Shown here: positions 30,471-42,786 of the stretch, piece by piece
Numbering within the stretch: the first letter of the stretch is position 1
Layout: the number at the start of each line of letters is the position of its first letter
Source of the DNA: Polyangiaceae bacterium
GTDB lineage: Bacteria; Myxococcota_A; Polyangia; Polyangiales; Polyangiaceae
NCBI GenBank assembly: GCA_965222375.1
Contig: CBDCTZ010000013.1
Coordinates: 224,001-288,000, forward strand
Direction of reading: 5' to 3'
DNA length: 64,000 nt
Program-made: the position numbers and the translations under genes
Notes under the pieces: model-generated
Seen by the model: the letters and a program-made list of their open reading frames with translations, nothing else
What the model was told of the DNA's origin: nothing
Database searches by the model: none

Positions 30471-31721
30471 CTAGGGAGCGTCTTTCCTCTGCTCCACGAT
30501 GAATTCCAGGCGCTGTTGGGCCTGGGCAGCCAGGCGGTCCGCGCGATGGGAGGCGTCGAAGCTGCTGCGCAGGCGGCCCAGCGCCAAAACCAGCGTCGGA
30601 CGGCCAAACACCGTCACCGGGGTCACGTACACCTCGCCGTCGCCTAGAAGCCTAGAGAGCGGCGCGTGCACGGCGTCTCGGGACAGGGTGCCCAAGTAGT
30701 GGCCACTAGCAAGGGCCGTATCCAAGGCGCGAGACATCCGACGCGGCACGGCAATGTCCCGAACCTGCATGCCCGGATTCGCCGCTCCAGCGAGGGAACG
30801 CCCCAGGAAGCGTTTGGGACGCACGGCTAATACTACGGCGGCACCGGCAGCACTGGTCGCGCCCTCAGCCAAGAGCTGAGCGATTCGCTCTGGATCCGCC
30901 GCTAGAGCGATCTCGGACATGGCAGCTTCGAATACCTCCTCTGGCGCTCCCAAGATCGCGATCGGGGGCGGCTCGTCCTCAGGCTCGATGTGCATGGGCG
31001 GCGGAGGCTTGCTGCGGAACAAGTTGATGACGGGCTCACCTTCGTCGTCCGCGAGCACATCGACAGCGGGCCGCGCCGCGGAACCGACGCCGGGATTCGT
31101 GTCCTTGCGGCGGCGCTTGGCGGCCTCCAAGGTCTTTTTCACCAATGGGATCGGTTGAGACGGCGGCGGCTCGCTTTCGGTGATCTTCGGCACCGGCGTG
31201 ATCGCCTTGGGCGGCAATGAAAAGCGCACCGGGGGGACGCTCTTGCGGCGGGCCAACACCGTGCCGAATGCTGGCGTGTGCCCCCCGGAGCCGGCCTCGA
31301 GCTCGTCGATCCAGTGCTCCAAGGCCGCCGAAAACTGATCCAAGCTGACGCGGAACCTGCGCACAGGCGCATCCAAGTGAAACGAGAGCTCCCGGGCTGC
31401 GTGCACGTCGAAGGGGTCGACCAAGGCGACGCTGACGACCCCGGTGCCCGCGTGGCGGCTGATGGGGAACGCGAGCAAGCGCTGACACAAGCCCGCGGGC
31501 AACAGCTTGGCGAGTTCCCCATCCACGTTGGCGGAATCGAGAAGCTCCAAATCGCTACGAGCGAGTTCCTCGTTCAGCACGGCGGTGACGTCGTGACCCC
31601 GGGCAGCAAGGGCTTGTACCAGCGCTATGCGCTTGTCCACCGCATCGAACAACGCGCTTTCTAGAGTGCGGTTGCTGATATGCTCTGCGAGCAAAAGCTT
31701 CTTCCCGAGCTCCGTGGTCAT
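30471..31721 (-). CDS. Protein with GspE/PilB N-terminal-like domain, Pro-rich linker and GAF-like C-terminus
   Basis: LGKKLL...IS, LP..LC.RLLAFP and VALVDPFD; no ATPase motifs. Confidence 0.65.
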   Translation of the reverse strand: MTTELGKKLLLAEHISNRTLESALFDAVDKRIALVQALAARGHDVTAVLNEELARSDLELLDSANVDGELAKLLPAGLCQRLLAFPISRHAGTGVVSVALVDPFDVHAARELSFHLDAPVRRFRVSLDQFSAALEHWIDELEAGSGGHTPAFGTVLARRKSVPPVRFSLPPKAITPVPKITESEPPPSQPIPLVKKTLEAAKRRRKDTNPGVGSAARPAVDVLADDEGEPVINLFRSKPPPPMHIEPEDEPPPIAILGAPEEVFEAAMSEIALAADPERIAQLLAEGATSAAGAAVVLAVRPKRFLGRSLAGAANPGMQVRDIAVPRRMSRALDTALASGHYLGTLSRDAVHAPLSRLLGDGEVYVTPVTVFGRPTLVLALGRLRSSFDASHRADRLAAQAQQRLEFIVEQRKDAP

Positions 31722-31802
31722 ATCGGTTTCACCCGCTGGTGCTGCAGCGCACCTCGCAGAGTTGGAGCGGTCCTCCAAGGACCCCATCCAGTCTACGCGA
31801 GT

Positions 31803-32096
31803 CTACTCCCGAAACTGAAACACGACTTCCGTTTGACGAATCAAACCGAGCTCATCGCGGGCCACACGTTCCACCGCAGCCGGATCCCGCTTGATGCGTT
31901 CGACTTCGGCGCGCAATTCCGCGACATCCGACGACAGCTTGCTCACCTCGTGTTCCGCTTTTTGCCGCTCTTCTCGCAACGCCTCCAACCGGCTCAGCCC
32001 CGTTGGCGAGAAGATCAAAACTGGCACGGAAATCAGCGCGAGCCCCAGCACGGACAGGGGCAAGGCACGCTCCAGCAACACCTTTCGGGTACGCAT
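31803..32096 (-). CDS. ftsB: Septum formation initiator FtsB/DivIC
   Basis: TM, coiled coil, VERVARDELGLIRQTEVVFQF. Confidence 0.85.
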   Translation of the reverse strand: MRTRKVLLERALPLSVLGLALISVPVLIFSPTGLSRLEALREERQKAEHEVSKLSSDVAELRAEVERIKRDPAAVERVARDELGLIRQTEVVFQFRE

Positions 32097-32352
32097 CCCG
32101 GCCCCACCCTGCCACGCCGCAAGCAGCCCGGCCCAATCCGCCGCAAAACCGACCGCAAAACATCAATTATTTCATATAGATAGACATTGTGACCCGGGAC
32201 CCCGAAGCGGTATGGAATCGGCCCGGCGTTTGGCTATCATGCGAGCCCCTTCGGCGCGGGGCCCCTGGAGTGACCGTTATTCGGGCAAATCCTCGAAAAA
32301 CCGTCGTCGTTTCCGCGCAGACCATTCCATCAAGAAGAACCGAGCGAACACC

Positions 32353-35300
32353 ATGTCCATCGAGATACTTCGCGCCGAATTAGAGCGCCTCTTCGAACTC
32401 GAAGAGCTACTGCAGATGTCCCGCAACGTGCTCGGTTTCGACCCGGAAGAAGTTGGGGGCACCGCGGCCAAGGGCTCGTTCGCGAAAGCGCTCACGGATC
32501 ATTGCGCTGAGGTGGATGCAGTCGAGGCACTGTGCGACGCGATGCTGGCATCCAAGTCGGAAGTGAACCCCAAGATTGGGCAGATCCGAGTCAACGGGTT
32601 GCCCTTTGACGAGGAACTCCGTAGCGGCGCAATCCTCGGCGACTTCACCATCGTGCGCAAGCTGGGCGAGGGGCGACTGGGGATTTCCTACCTTGCGCGG
32701 CAAGGTGACGCCGACTTTCGCGTGAAGGTGTTGCGACGTGAAGCAACTCGAGACCTGCGTGGTCTACATCGGTTCCTTACCGTCAGCCGATTGGTGGGCA
32801 CCATCGAACACGCCAGCTTACCGAAGCAGGCTCACGCGGGTGTAGTCGATGAACGCGTGGCCGTGAGCCACGCCTACGTGGACGGACAACCCTTGGCGGT
32901 GCGCATCGCGCGAACCGGGCCGATGCACATCAACGAAGCCCGTCCCCTGCTCAAGGCCATGCTCGACGCCTTGGGTGCGATTCACGACCGGCGCCTGTCC
33001 CACGGCGACCTACGGCTCGAAAACGTGATCGTGTTCCGCAAGCCCGATGGCAGCCAGAACCTGGTGCTTCTGGACGCAGGTTCGGATCGCTTGCGGGCCC
33101 GGGCCAAGGTCAGCGCCAACGGCCAGAACGAGCTGTTTTCAACCGTCGGCTCGCCCAAAAGCGTTGCCCCGGAGCAGATCCGCGGCATGGCGTCATCACC
33201 GCAGAGCGACGTCTACTCCTTTGGCGCGCTCCTCTTCGAGATGCTGACCGGCAAGCCCTTGTTTGGCGACGGCACAGCCATCAAAGCCGCCATTGGCCAC
33301 CTCACGGAAGCGCCGCCAGCACCCAGCAGTGTCGCTCCCCGAGGCTGGGTCACGAAAGACATCGACGAGTGGGTTCAGACCATGCTGGACAAGGACCCGG
33401 AGAAGCGCCCGAAGGACGCAAAAGCGCTCCTCGAGGCTTTGGAAATCATGGGTCGCGCTTCGGTCCAGCGAAAGGAGAAGAAGATCTCCGACGCGGACTT
33501 GGAGTCCCGGATCCGCAACCTGATGGGGGATCCCGCAGACGACGACGCGGCGGTGGCCCTGGAAGCGGCAGTCGAAGAAGGCGCCGATGCAGCCAAGGTG
33601 GCCGAAGCCTTTTCGTCCGCGGCAGACACCCTCGACGTTGCCGAAGGCAAAGAAAAGCGGGAAGCGAGAAAGAGTCTGCTGTTCCGGGCGGCGCGCCTGT
33701 ACGAACACGCCGCCAAGGACGCGGACAAGGCCGAGCAAGCCTACGCACTGCTCGTGGAGCTCGATCCCAGTGACGAAATCGCTCTGACTGCGCTGGAGGA
33801 CGTACGCAAGCAGCTCGGCAAGTTCGAGGAGCTGGTCGAGATGCTGCTGACCCGCAGCGAGAAAGCCGAGAGCCATGGCGAGCGCGCACGTGCCTTTGCC
33901 GAGATTGGCCACCTGTACGTGTCCGAGCTGGATGACAAGGAGCAGGCCTTGGTGGCCTACACCCAGGCCTTCAGCGAGGACCCCCAGGAGAGCAGCTACG
34001 CCGATGAAATCGAGCGCTTGGCCGACACGCCGGAGACTTGGAACGAAGTACTCTCCACCTGCGCCGAGGCAACGCTGCAAGAGGATGTCGCCCAGGAGAG
34101 CAAGAACGCACTCTTCAACCGAATGGGACGCTGGTACGCCGATCGGGTCACGCGCCTGGATTTGGCGCTTCCTTGCTATCAAGCGGTAATTGGCACCGAC
34201 CCCGCCAACGACGAAGCCCTGGAGGGAATGACTCAGATCTACCGCAAGGCGCAGCAGTGGCCGGAACTGGTACTGGTTCTCACCCGACGCGCGGATGCGG
34301 CGCCGACGCCCGAGCGCGGCCGAGACTTCCGTTCCGAAGCCGCCGAGATCTTGGAAGTGCAGATGAGCGACGCGGGGCGCGCCCGGGATTTGTATCAGCA
34401 AGTCTTGGCGGAAGACCCGGGTCACGAGCGCGCGAGTGAGGCGCTGGCAAAGATCTACGAACGCAGCGGAGACTTCGCGGAGTACGTCAAGCTCCTCGAA
34501 CGACGCGCGGATGCATCCCGAGGCGACGACCGCTCCCGAGTCCTATGCCACCTGGCAGAAATCTACGAGACCCGCCTGAACGACGATGCGGAGGCTCTGC
34601 GTCGCTACGACTCGGTGCTCGCAATCGACGAGAACAACCTGGACGCCCTCCGCGGCGCGGACCGGGTGCTGGCAAAGATGGGACGCTTCCAGGACCTGGC
34701 GGTCAATCTGGAAAAACAGATCCAACTTGCCGCCACACCGCGACAGAAAATCACGCTTTGGGAGCGCGTCGCCGGGATCCAGGACGAGGAGTTCCTTAAC
34801 CACGAGCAGGCTGCCGCAGCTTGGGAAGCCATCCTGGAGATCGACTCGGCTCACGAGGGTGCACTAACGGCGTTGGTCCGCCACTACCGCGCTCTGGACC
34901 GCTGGGAAGACGTCGCGAACCTATACGAGCGGCAGATAAAGCTTTCCGCTGAGCCCGCTCACCAGATGGAGCTAACCCTCGCCCTGGGCCGCGTGCTCAT
35001 GGAGCAAATCGGCGCCTCGGACCGCGCCACCGTCGCTTACGAAAAGGCGCTCGAGATTGACCCGGAGCACGCGGGAGCTCTGGAGGCTCTCGCGCGATTG
35101 CGGGAAACCGCGGGCGACGCGGATGCGGCACTGTCCGCCATCGACGCTCTCGCTGACAAGGCGGGCACGCCCGAAGCCAAGGCGGAGCAGTATTTGCGGG
35201 CGGCCAAGCTGCTAGAAGGCCGCGGGGATCGGGATGGCGCCATCGAGCGCTACAAGCTGGCCTTGGACGCCAAACCCGGCGATGCCGGCGTGTCCTCGTC

Positions 35301-37677
35301 TCTACGCGGCGCCTACCTCGCCCGAGGCGACGTCAATGCCGCGATCAAATTGATCGAACACGAGCTGGACCGCACGGAAGGAGATCGCGCCAAGGGCAAA
35401 CTCGCCGGCGAACTCGCCTTGTTGCTGCGGGACGAGCTGAAGGATCCAAAAAAGTCGGAAGAGGCCGCCAAGCGCGCCATCTCCTACGATCCAACCAACA
35501 TTCGCGGATTGATGGTCCTCGGGGATCTCGCCTTCGAGGCGGGCCGACACCTGGAAGCCGCAAAGCACTTCGGCGCCTTGGCCGGGCGTGCGGAAAGCCT
35601 CGAGCAGAAAGATGCGGTGCGTGTGCTTGTCCGCTACGTGGACTCCCTGACGCAGACCGGCTCCACCGAGGCCGCTCTCGCGCCGATGGACACCCTGCTC
35701 CGGATCGCGCCTGAGGATGTGGAAGCGTTTGGACGCGTCGCGCAGGTCACCTTCGAGCATGGCTCACCTGCACGCGCCGTGGACCTGTACAAGGACTACC
35801 TCGAACGTTTCGGCAAGCTGCTCACCGCCAAAGACAAGGCGGTTGCGCTGGCCCGATACGGCGAGGCCCTGCGCAAGAGCGAGCGCTGGGATGAGGCCGA
35901 AAAAGCCCTGGAAGAGGCCATCGATCAAGACCCATCGGCCACGCTGCCTTTGGAATCCCTGGCGGGGGTTCGCGCCGGCAAGGGCGACTGGGAAGGCGCC
36001 ATCAAGATCAAAACGCGCCACCTGGACATTGCGGAGGGCGACAAACGAGCGGACCTGTTGCTCGAAATCGGCGACATCGCGTCGGAGCAACTCAAGGACA
36101 AGACCCGCGCCACCAAGAGCTACGTCGCTGCCCTGGAAGAGAAACCTGAAGATCGCCGGCTGCTGACTAAGCTGATGCAACTGTACAGCGAGGAAAAAGA
36201 CTGGAGCAAACTGGTGGACGTCGTCCTGCGGCTCGCGGATTTCGTCGAGGAGCCCAAGCAGCGGGCGAAGTACCTGCAGACTGCTGCCATCGTGTGCGCT
36301 CGCCAGATGGGCGACGTGGACCGCGCTCTGGAGTTCTACGCTCGAGTCTTGGAACTCGATCCCAAGGCCGACAAGGCTCTCGGCGAAGCCATCGAGCTAC
36401 GCAAGGACAAAGGCGACCACCGGGGCGTGGAGAAGCTCCTGCAGCGCAAGCTCGAAGCGGCCACCGCGGCAAAGGACAAGAAGGTCATGTTGGAGACCTT
36501 CATCGAGTTGGCTGAACTCTACGAAAAGCACCTCAATTGGCCGGACCGCGCCATCGACGCCCTGGAAGCCGTGCAGACCCTGGAGCCCGAAAACCGGGCA
36601 CGCGCGGAGCACCTGGGTGAACTCTACGCTCGCAACCCGGAGAAGTACCTGGACAAGGCCGTCACAGCGCAGCAGGCGCTGATGCGACAGAATCCGTATC
36701 GGCCGGAATCCTACAAGCTGTTGCGGAAGCTTTACACGGAAGTGAAGCGCGCCGACGCCGCCTGGAACTTGTGTCAGGCGCTGTGCGTGCTCAACCTGGC
36801 CGAGCCCGACGAAGAGCGCTTCTACAAGCGCATGCGCGCCGAATCCGCGGCACCCGCCGCAGAGGCGCTTTCGGACGAAGACTGGATCACGCTTTTGATG
36901 CACCCCGGGGCCGACCCGCTGCTGACCAGCGTGTTCGCGTTGATCGAGCCAGCAATATTGGCGGCGCGAGGGCAGGCTTTCGAGCAGCTGGGCTACGACC
37001 CACGCTACGCGATCGACCTGACGCGGCACCCCTACCCCATGAGCCAAACCCTGTATTACTCCGCAGGCGTGTTCGGCATGGAGCCGCCCCCCACGTTCCA
37101 GAATACGAACGACCCCGGCGGGCTTTCCTTCTTGCACTCCTATCGCCCCGGGTTGGTCTTGGGCATGGCGGCGTTGGCGGCAGACGTACCGCCTCAGGCA
37201 GCCGCTTTCATCGCCGGCCGGCACCTCTCGTACTACCGCCCGGGACTGTATGTGCGTCAGATCGTGCCTAGCGGCACCGGTCTGAAATCCTGGCTATTCG
37301 CAGCGATCAAGATGATCGCTCCGCAATTCCCGATCGCCGCAGAGCTCGAAGGGCCCGTGAACGAAGCCTACGCCGCCCTCGAAGCCAACCTGCAGGGCGC
37401 GGGTCGCGATCAGCTCGCACGGATCGTGAGCAAGTTGCTGCAGTCCGGCGCCGCCCTGGATCTGAAGCGTTGGATGGCGGGCGTAGACCTCACGGCGGAC
37501 CGCGCAGGCTTCGTCCTCGCCCACGATTTGGAAACTGCGGCCGAGATCATCAAGGCATCCGACGAGGCCTCGAGCGTCGTGGGCGGGCAAGAGCGGCTGA
37601 AGGAGCTCGTACTCTTCGGCGTCAGTGAGCCCTACTTCCAGATTCGTCAGAAGCTCAAGATCGCCGTCGATTCCTGA
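32353..37677 (+). CDS. Ser/Thr kinase-like domain plus long TPR array (1774 aa)
   Basis: LGEGRLG, VKVLR, HGDLRLEN, DAG, APEQ and SDVYSFG, followed by many TPR-like repeats; start trimmed to MSIEILR. Confidence 0.85.
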   Translation: MSIEILRAELERLFELEELLQMSRNVLGFDPEEVGGTAAKGSFAKALTDHCAEVDAVEALCDAMLASKSEVNPKIGQIRVNGLPFDEELRSGAILGDFTIVRKLGEGRLGISYLARQGDADFRVKVLRREATRDLRGLHRFLTVSRLVGTIEHASLPKQAHAGVVDERVAVSHAYVDGQPLAVRIARTGPMHINEARPLLKAMLDALGAIHDRRLSHGDLRLENVIVFRKPDGSQNLVLLDAGSDRLRARAKVSANGQNELFSTVGSPKSVAPEQIRGMASSPQSDVYSFGALLFEMLTGKPLFGDGTAIKAAIGHLTEAPPAPSSVAPRGWVTKDIDEWVQTMLDKDPEKRPKDAKALLEALEIMGRASVQRKEKKISDADLESRIRNLMGDPADDDAAVALEAAVEEGADAAKVAEAFSSAADTLDVAEGKEKREARKSLLFRAARLYEHAAKDADKAEQAYALLVELDPSDEIALTALEDVRKQLGKFEELVEMLLTRSEKAESHGERARAFAEIGHLYVSELDDKEQALVAYTQAFSEDPQESSYADEIERLADTPETWNEVLSTCAEATLQEDVAQESKNALFNRMGRWYADRVTRLDLALPCYQAVIGTDPANDEALEGMTQIYRKAQQWPELVLVLTRRADAAPTPERGRDFRSEAAEILEVQMSDAGRARDLYQQVLAEDPGHERASEALAKIYERSGDFAEYVKLLERRADASRGDDRSRVLCHLAEIYETRLNDDAEALRRYDSVLAIDENNLDALRGADRVLAKMGRFQDLAVNLEKQIQLAATPRQKITLWERVAGIQDEEFLNHEQAAAAWEAILEIDSAHEGALTALVRHYRALDRWEDVANLYERQIKLSAEPAHQMELTLALGRVLMEQIGASDRATVAYEKALEIDPEHAGALEALARLRETAGDADAALSAIDALADKAGTPEAKAEQYLRAAKLLEGRGDRDGAIERYKLALDAKPGDAGVSSSLRGAYLARGDVNAAIKLIEHELDRTEGDRAKGKLAGELALLLRDELKDPKKSEEAAKRAISYDPTNIRGLMVLGDLAFEAGRHLEAAKHFGALAGRAESLEQKDAVRVLVRYVDSLTQTGSTEAALAPMDTLLRIAPEDVEAFGRVAQVTFEHGSPARAVDLYKDYLERFGKLLTAKDKAVALARYGEALRKSERWDEAEKALEEAIDQDPSATLPLESLAGVRAGKGDWEGAIKIKTRHLDIAEGDKRADLLLEIGDIASEQLKDKTRATKSYVAALEEKPEDRRLLTKLMQLYSEEKDWSKLVDVVLRLADFVEEPKQRAKYLQTAAIVCARQMGDVDRALEFYARVLELDPKADKALGEAIELRKDKGDHRGVEKLLQRKLEAATAAKDKKVMLETFIELAELYEKHLNWPDRAIDALEAVQTLEPENRARAEHLGELYARNPEKYLDKAVTAQQALMRQNPYRPESYKLLRKLYTEVKRADAAWNLCQALCVLNLAEPDEERFYKRMRAESAAPAAEALSDEDWITLLMHPGADPLLTSVFALIEPAILAARGQAFEQLGYDPRYAIDLTRHPYPMSQTLYYSAGVFGMEPPPTFQNTNDPGGLSFLHSYRPGLVLGMAALAADVPPQAAAFIAGRHLSYYRPGLYVRQIVPSGTGLKSWLFAAIKMIAPQFPIAAELEGPVNEAYAALEANLQGAGRDQLARIVSKLLQSGAALDLKRWMAGVDLTADRAGFVLAHDLETAAEIIKASDEASSVVGGQERLKELVLFGVSEPYFQIRQKLKIAVDS

Positions 37678-37833
37678 GCGCCGTCGGGCTTGTCCACGAG
37701 GCGCACTGAGCGCCAGCCGCCCTCAAGATCGCAACCCCACCAGGATGGCAGCCCAGCGACATCTGCTGCCTCGACCACCTGGAGGCGCAGGTGCTTCCCG
37801 TAGAAGGCACCGGCACGGACTTCGTGACCCGGG

Positions 37834-39411
37834 CTACTTCTTCACCAGCGTCAGCACCCAGCGCCCGTAAAGGTAGATGAATAGGGCGCTCAGAACGCCC
37901 ACGAACGCGAAAATCAGCCACGCTGTTTCGATATTATGGGCGTCGTGGAGCGTGCGGGTCAACGCTTCCGGGGTTTCTTTGGTGTAGTCCACGAGTGCTT
38001 TGAAGGCTTCACGCTTGGGCACCTTGTCGACCTCGGCTTGGGGCATGCCGCGCTCGAGCAGCATCTCGCGCGCAAACTTCTCTTTGGAGCCGAAGTAGCC
38101 ATACAAGGACGCGCCGAGCTTGCCCTCCAAGGTCCAACCGATGGCCAAGGGGATCTGCGAAAAGCCAAGGTACATGGCCTTTTTGTCCGCGGGCGCGAAG
38201 TTGCCGATGAACTCCGATGACTTCGGGCTGGCCAGCATCTCCCCGATGCTGAACACCACGATGGATGCCGCGGCAAAGATCCCAAGCGTCGTGTAGCCAG
38301 CCAGCACCAGCGCGGTGCTCGAAAGCATCGTGCCCACGACCATGCTCGTGGTCGCGCGCATGCGGCCACTGACCCACGCAAAGAAGAAGCAGGTGATCAT
38401 GATCAGACCCGCATTGAGGTTCACCATGCCCTCGGGCTTGATCGCCGTGCCGGTCTCGTTCATGCCGAGGAAGAACTTGGCAGCTCCGCTGGTCGTGCCA
38501 TCCGCACCGAACAGGGTCGTCACGAGGGACTGAGTATCGACCCAGTCACGAATGTGCAGCGGCAGCACATCGAACAGGGCGTTGAACATGAACCAGAAGC
38601 CGGAAAGGATGGCCAGATACAGCCAAACGTGCGTCTTTTTCAGCTCCTGAAGCGACTCCTTCCACAAGCTCTCTTGCCGGACTTTGCCGGCTTTGATCAG
38701 CTTGGCTCGCTCCAGCCGAACATCCTTCTTGGGCTCCTTGTAGGTGAGCAGGAGCAGGAAGTTTAGGCAGATGATGCCTGAGCACACGTAGAACACCATG
38801 TGCCAGCCCCAGCGCTCGCGGAAGTACGCAGCCACCAGCGGGCCCAACCAGCCACCGATGTTGACGGTTTGATAGAACACGCCCCAGGCCATGGAGCTGT
38901 TGTCACGGCGGGTTGCGTTGACGAGGGTGCCCTGGATGCCGGGCTTGAAGATGGCCGTGCCCGTCGCGAGCACCATCGCGCCCAGGAAAAACCCCAGGTG
39001 CGTGCCGTACAGCGCCATGATCAGATAGCCGGCGATCTTGAGCACCGTCGATAAGAAAATGGTCTCCTTGTAGCCGTAGCGGTCGGACAAGCCCCCGGTG
39101 AACACTGGCAGCAGCGACTGAACCAGCGCCCAAGCCATGAAGATGGTGCCCAATGCGTCTTCGTCGATGCCCAAACCACCTTCGGAGCGCGGCGCGGTGG
39201 CGTACAGCCCCGAGACCGCGCGCACACCGTAGTAGGCGCAACGCTCGACGAGCTCCATGCCGCCAACGACCCAGAACACATATCCAAGAGTGGCGATGGA
39301 CGCCCACAGCCCGAGCTGTTTGACGTCCGCCAGCCCGTTGATGTCCTCATCACCCGCTGCGTCTTGCTCAGGTCGTTCCGCTGTGTTCTCGCCCTCTTCC
39401 ACGTCTGCCAC
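37834..39411 (-). CDS. MFS transporter, POT/PTR-like
   Basis: MELVERCAYYG (ExxER), GGLSDRYG, FKPG and FYQTVNIG. Confidence 0.85.
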   Translation of the reverse strand: MADVEEGENTAERPEQDAAGDEDINGLADVKQLGLWASIATLGYVFWVVGGMELVERCAYYGVRAVSGLYATAPRSEGGLGIDEDALGTIFMAWALVQSLLPVFTGGLSDRYGYKETIFLSTVLKIAGYLIMALYGTHLGFFLGAMVLATGTAIFKPGIQGTLVNATRRDNSSMAWGVFYQTVNIGGWLGPLVAAYFRERWGWHMVFYVCSGIICLNFLLLLTYKEPKKDVRLERAKLIKAGKVRQESLWKESLQELKKTHVWLYLAILSGFWFMFNALFDVLPLHIRDWVDTQSLVTTLFGADGTTSGAAKFFLGMNETGTAIKPEGMVNLNAGLIMITCFFFAWVSGRMRATTSMVVGTMLSSTALVLAGYTTLGIFAAASIVVFSIGEMLASPKSSEFIGNFAPADKKAMYLGFSQIPLAIGWTLEGKLGASLYGYFGSKEKFAREMLLERGMPQAEVDKVPKREAFKALVDYTKETPEALTRTLHDAHNIETAWLIFAFVGVLSALFIYLYGRWVLTLVKK

Positions 39412-39625
39412 TCGTCATCCTCCTGCCGCCCCGGGGGCGGCGCGGCAGCCTAGGCTCGTGATCTAGCGTTGCCAAGGGCGGCACGACGGCAGCAAATCCG
39501 GCGTCCAAAGCCCATACCGCGTCCCGAAAGGGACGTTCATCTCGGGCTCCCAGGGCCAACGCGCAAAAGCCCGCAAATCCAGGCTTCCAATCCCGGCGCC
39601 AGCGCTGATACACCCGCGGTCACCG

Positions 39626-41137
<1,512 letters not shown>

Positions 41138-41358
41138 GGGTGGGGGTGCCCCCCCTCCGTCTCGGCGACGCCCGTCGCGAACGAAACAACGACATCGCGA
41201 ACGCAACGTTGGCGCCACCTCGCCGGTCCCCACCCTTAGCCATGCTCGCGGCGCCTGCGCGCGCGAATGCGCTTTGTGCAACTCCATACACCGCGCGGCA
41301 GCCGCCGCTGCGCGTGGCTGGGCGGGACCTGGGCGTCGGGTTGCGTCTTTGATTTCGA

Positions 41359-41460
41359 ACCGCGTTGCTTTGGGCGGTGCGCGGGCGTTGGGACGGAGTT
41401 TGAACGACCGCGTTGCTTTGGGCGGTGCGCGGGCGTTGGGACGGAGTTTGAACGACCGCG
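41359..41460. repeat. 48-bp perfect tandem duplication plus partial third copy
   Basis: ACCGCGTTGCTTTGGGCGGTGCGCGGGCGTTGGGACGGAGTTTGAACG at 41359 and 41407, then ACCGCG. Confidence 0.9.
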
Positions 41461-41592
41461 CTGCTGTGTGCGACGCGATGCGTTTTGCGGTTGATGGCTG
41501 CCTCCGCTGCTGTTGGTGCCGCTCAGCATTGACCTGCGCAGCGGTGTCGTTGAGTATTTCGCCAAGAACCCCTGATGACGGCCTTCTAGATC

Positions 41593-41985
41593 ATGGTTGC
41601 CGAGTTTTTCGGCGGCGTCGGCCAGCTCATTACTGAGCAGAAGTCGCTCAGCAAGGCTATCGCTCTGCACAAGGAACTCCAGAGCGAGCTTGCCGAACCC
41701 ATCAAGGACGTGCACGCACGCATCGCGCGGGTCACCAACATCCGGGCTCGAATCGAAGAAGCCGAGCAGGCGCTGGCTCGACTTCCTGCCCTGCCGGCGG
41801 CTGACGAGACCGATGTCATCAAACTCCTGCGTTTCGAGCACGAGACAGCTCGAATCAATACCGAAGCGGAGCAACTCAGAGAGATTGTGCGCATCACCGG
41901 AGCCAGGCTCGCCCGTGCCGAGCAGCTCGAAGCCGATCGCCACCGTGCTAGAAATCAGCGCAAGAGGCGGCGCAAGAAACGCTAA
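41593..41985 (+). CDS. Hypothetical coiled-coil protein with basic tail
   Basis: Helical heptad composition ending RKRRRKKR; may be a fragment. Confidence 0.5.
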   Translation: MVAEFFGGVGQLITEQKSLSKAIALHKELQSELAEPIKDVHARIARVTNIRARIEEAEQALARLPALPAADETDVIKLLRFEHETARINTEAEQLREIVRITGARLARAEQLEADRHRARNQRKRRRKKR

Positions 41986-42151
41986 CCGCCCTGCGTCAGC
42001 CGCTGCGAGCTGCAGTTGCCACTCCGCATCTTCTGCCTCGCCTCGTCGAGTGAGGCTCTCGTAGCTCGCATCGCTCCGCCGACCCCCCGAGGGCGATGGC
42101 TGTCGTCCTGCCCACCACAGCGGCCGGGCCTCGCCGGGAGCGCGCGCGCTC

Positions 42152-42300
42152 TCCCCCGTCGGGAATTCCCCAGGGTCGCGCGCCACGCCCCGACTTGTTG
42201 GCGGATCAGGTTGGAGTTGATTGATGATGTCTCGGCGAGTGCGCTCCCTTGGGCGTGTCACGGATCCCGTCCCCCGTCGGGGATTCCCCAGGGTCGCGCG
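42152..42300. repeat. 31-bp direct repeat pair
   Basis: TCCCCCGTCGGG[A/G]ATTCCCCAGGGTCGCGCG at 42152-42182 and 42270-42300. Confidence 0.85.
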
Positions 42301-42345
42301 ATGGGTGGGCAAGGCCCAGCCGCTCCGGCGGGCCGGGAGGTACTC

Positions 42346-42470
42346 ATGCATCGCACGTCTCGCCCTTGTCCCCGCATCGCTCGCTTCGCTCACGAGCGCC
42401 GTCAGCATCCGACGTTTTCGGAAGCCAAGTTGTGGTCTCACGTGCTTCGGCTCGACGCCGAGCTAGTCGT
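42346..42470 (+). pseudogene. DUF559 (Vsr-like endonuclease) remnant with internal deletion
   Basis: RBS GGGAGG; N-terminal AR....R..PT.SEAKLW joined directly to C-terminal VLRLDAELV; catalytic core absent. Confidence 0.55.
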
Positions 42471-42786
42471 CCGTGGTCCAATCCAGAAAGGCATCATTCT
42501 CAAGGTAGTAGACAAGAGCCTGGAGCATTTCGTTCTCGGAGGGCCTCTTGCCCTGGAGGTGAGCGTTTTCCCGGATCGAACGGATGTCATCCATTCCAAG
42601 ACCCTCCTCGAAGTTCAGGTCCGCAGCTTCTCGGGGAATGTCCTGGTCAGGGACCGCATCATCCGGGTCCAACACAACACACTCCGTGTTCAACGTGGGT
42701 GTTCCCAGTGGAAGATACACAACATGATTCCAAGGGAGGTTCCCGAGCTCTCTGAAGACGTCACGGAGTCGTCGTTTCTGTGTCAT
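42463..42786 (-). CDS. Small acidic protein, putative toxin immunity protein
   Basis: 107 aa ending ALVYYLENDAFL; ATGA-coupled to the upstream WHH-motif ORF; RBS GAGGTGG. Confidence 0.65.
   Translation of the reverse strand: MTQKRRLRDVFRELGNLPWNHVVYLPLGTPTLNTECVVLDPDDAVPDQDIPREAADLNFEEGLGMDDIRSIRENAHLQGKRPSENEMLQALVYYLENDAFLDWTTDD

Noticed and set aside
31891..32352. N-terminal extension of the 1928-aa ORF
   Set aside because: It overlaps ftsB antisense and an AT-rich promoter-like gap; ATG 32353 is more plausible.
41359..41460. 48-bp repeats as a CRISPR array
   Set aside because: The copies are directly adjacent with no unique spacers, and there are no cas genes.
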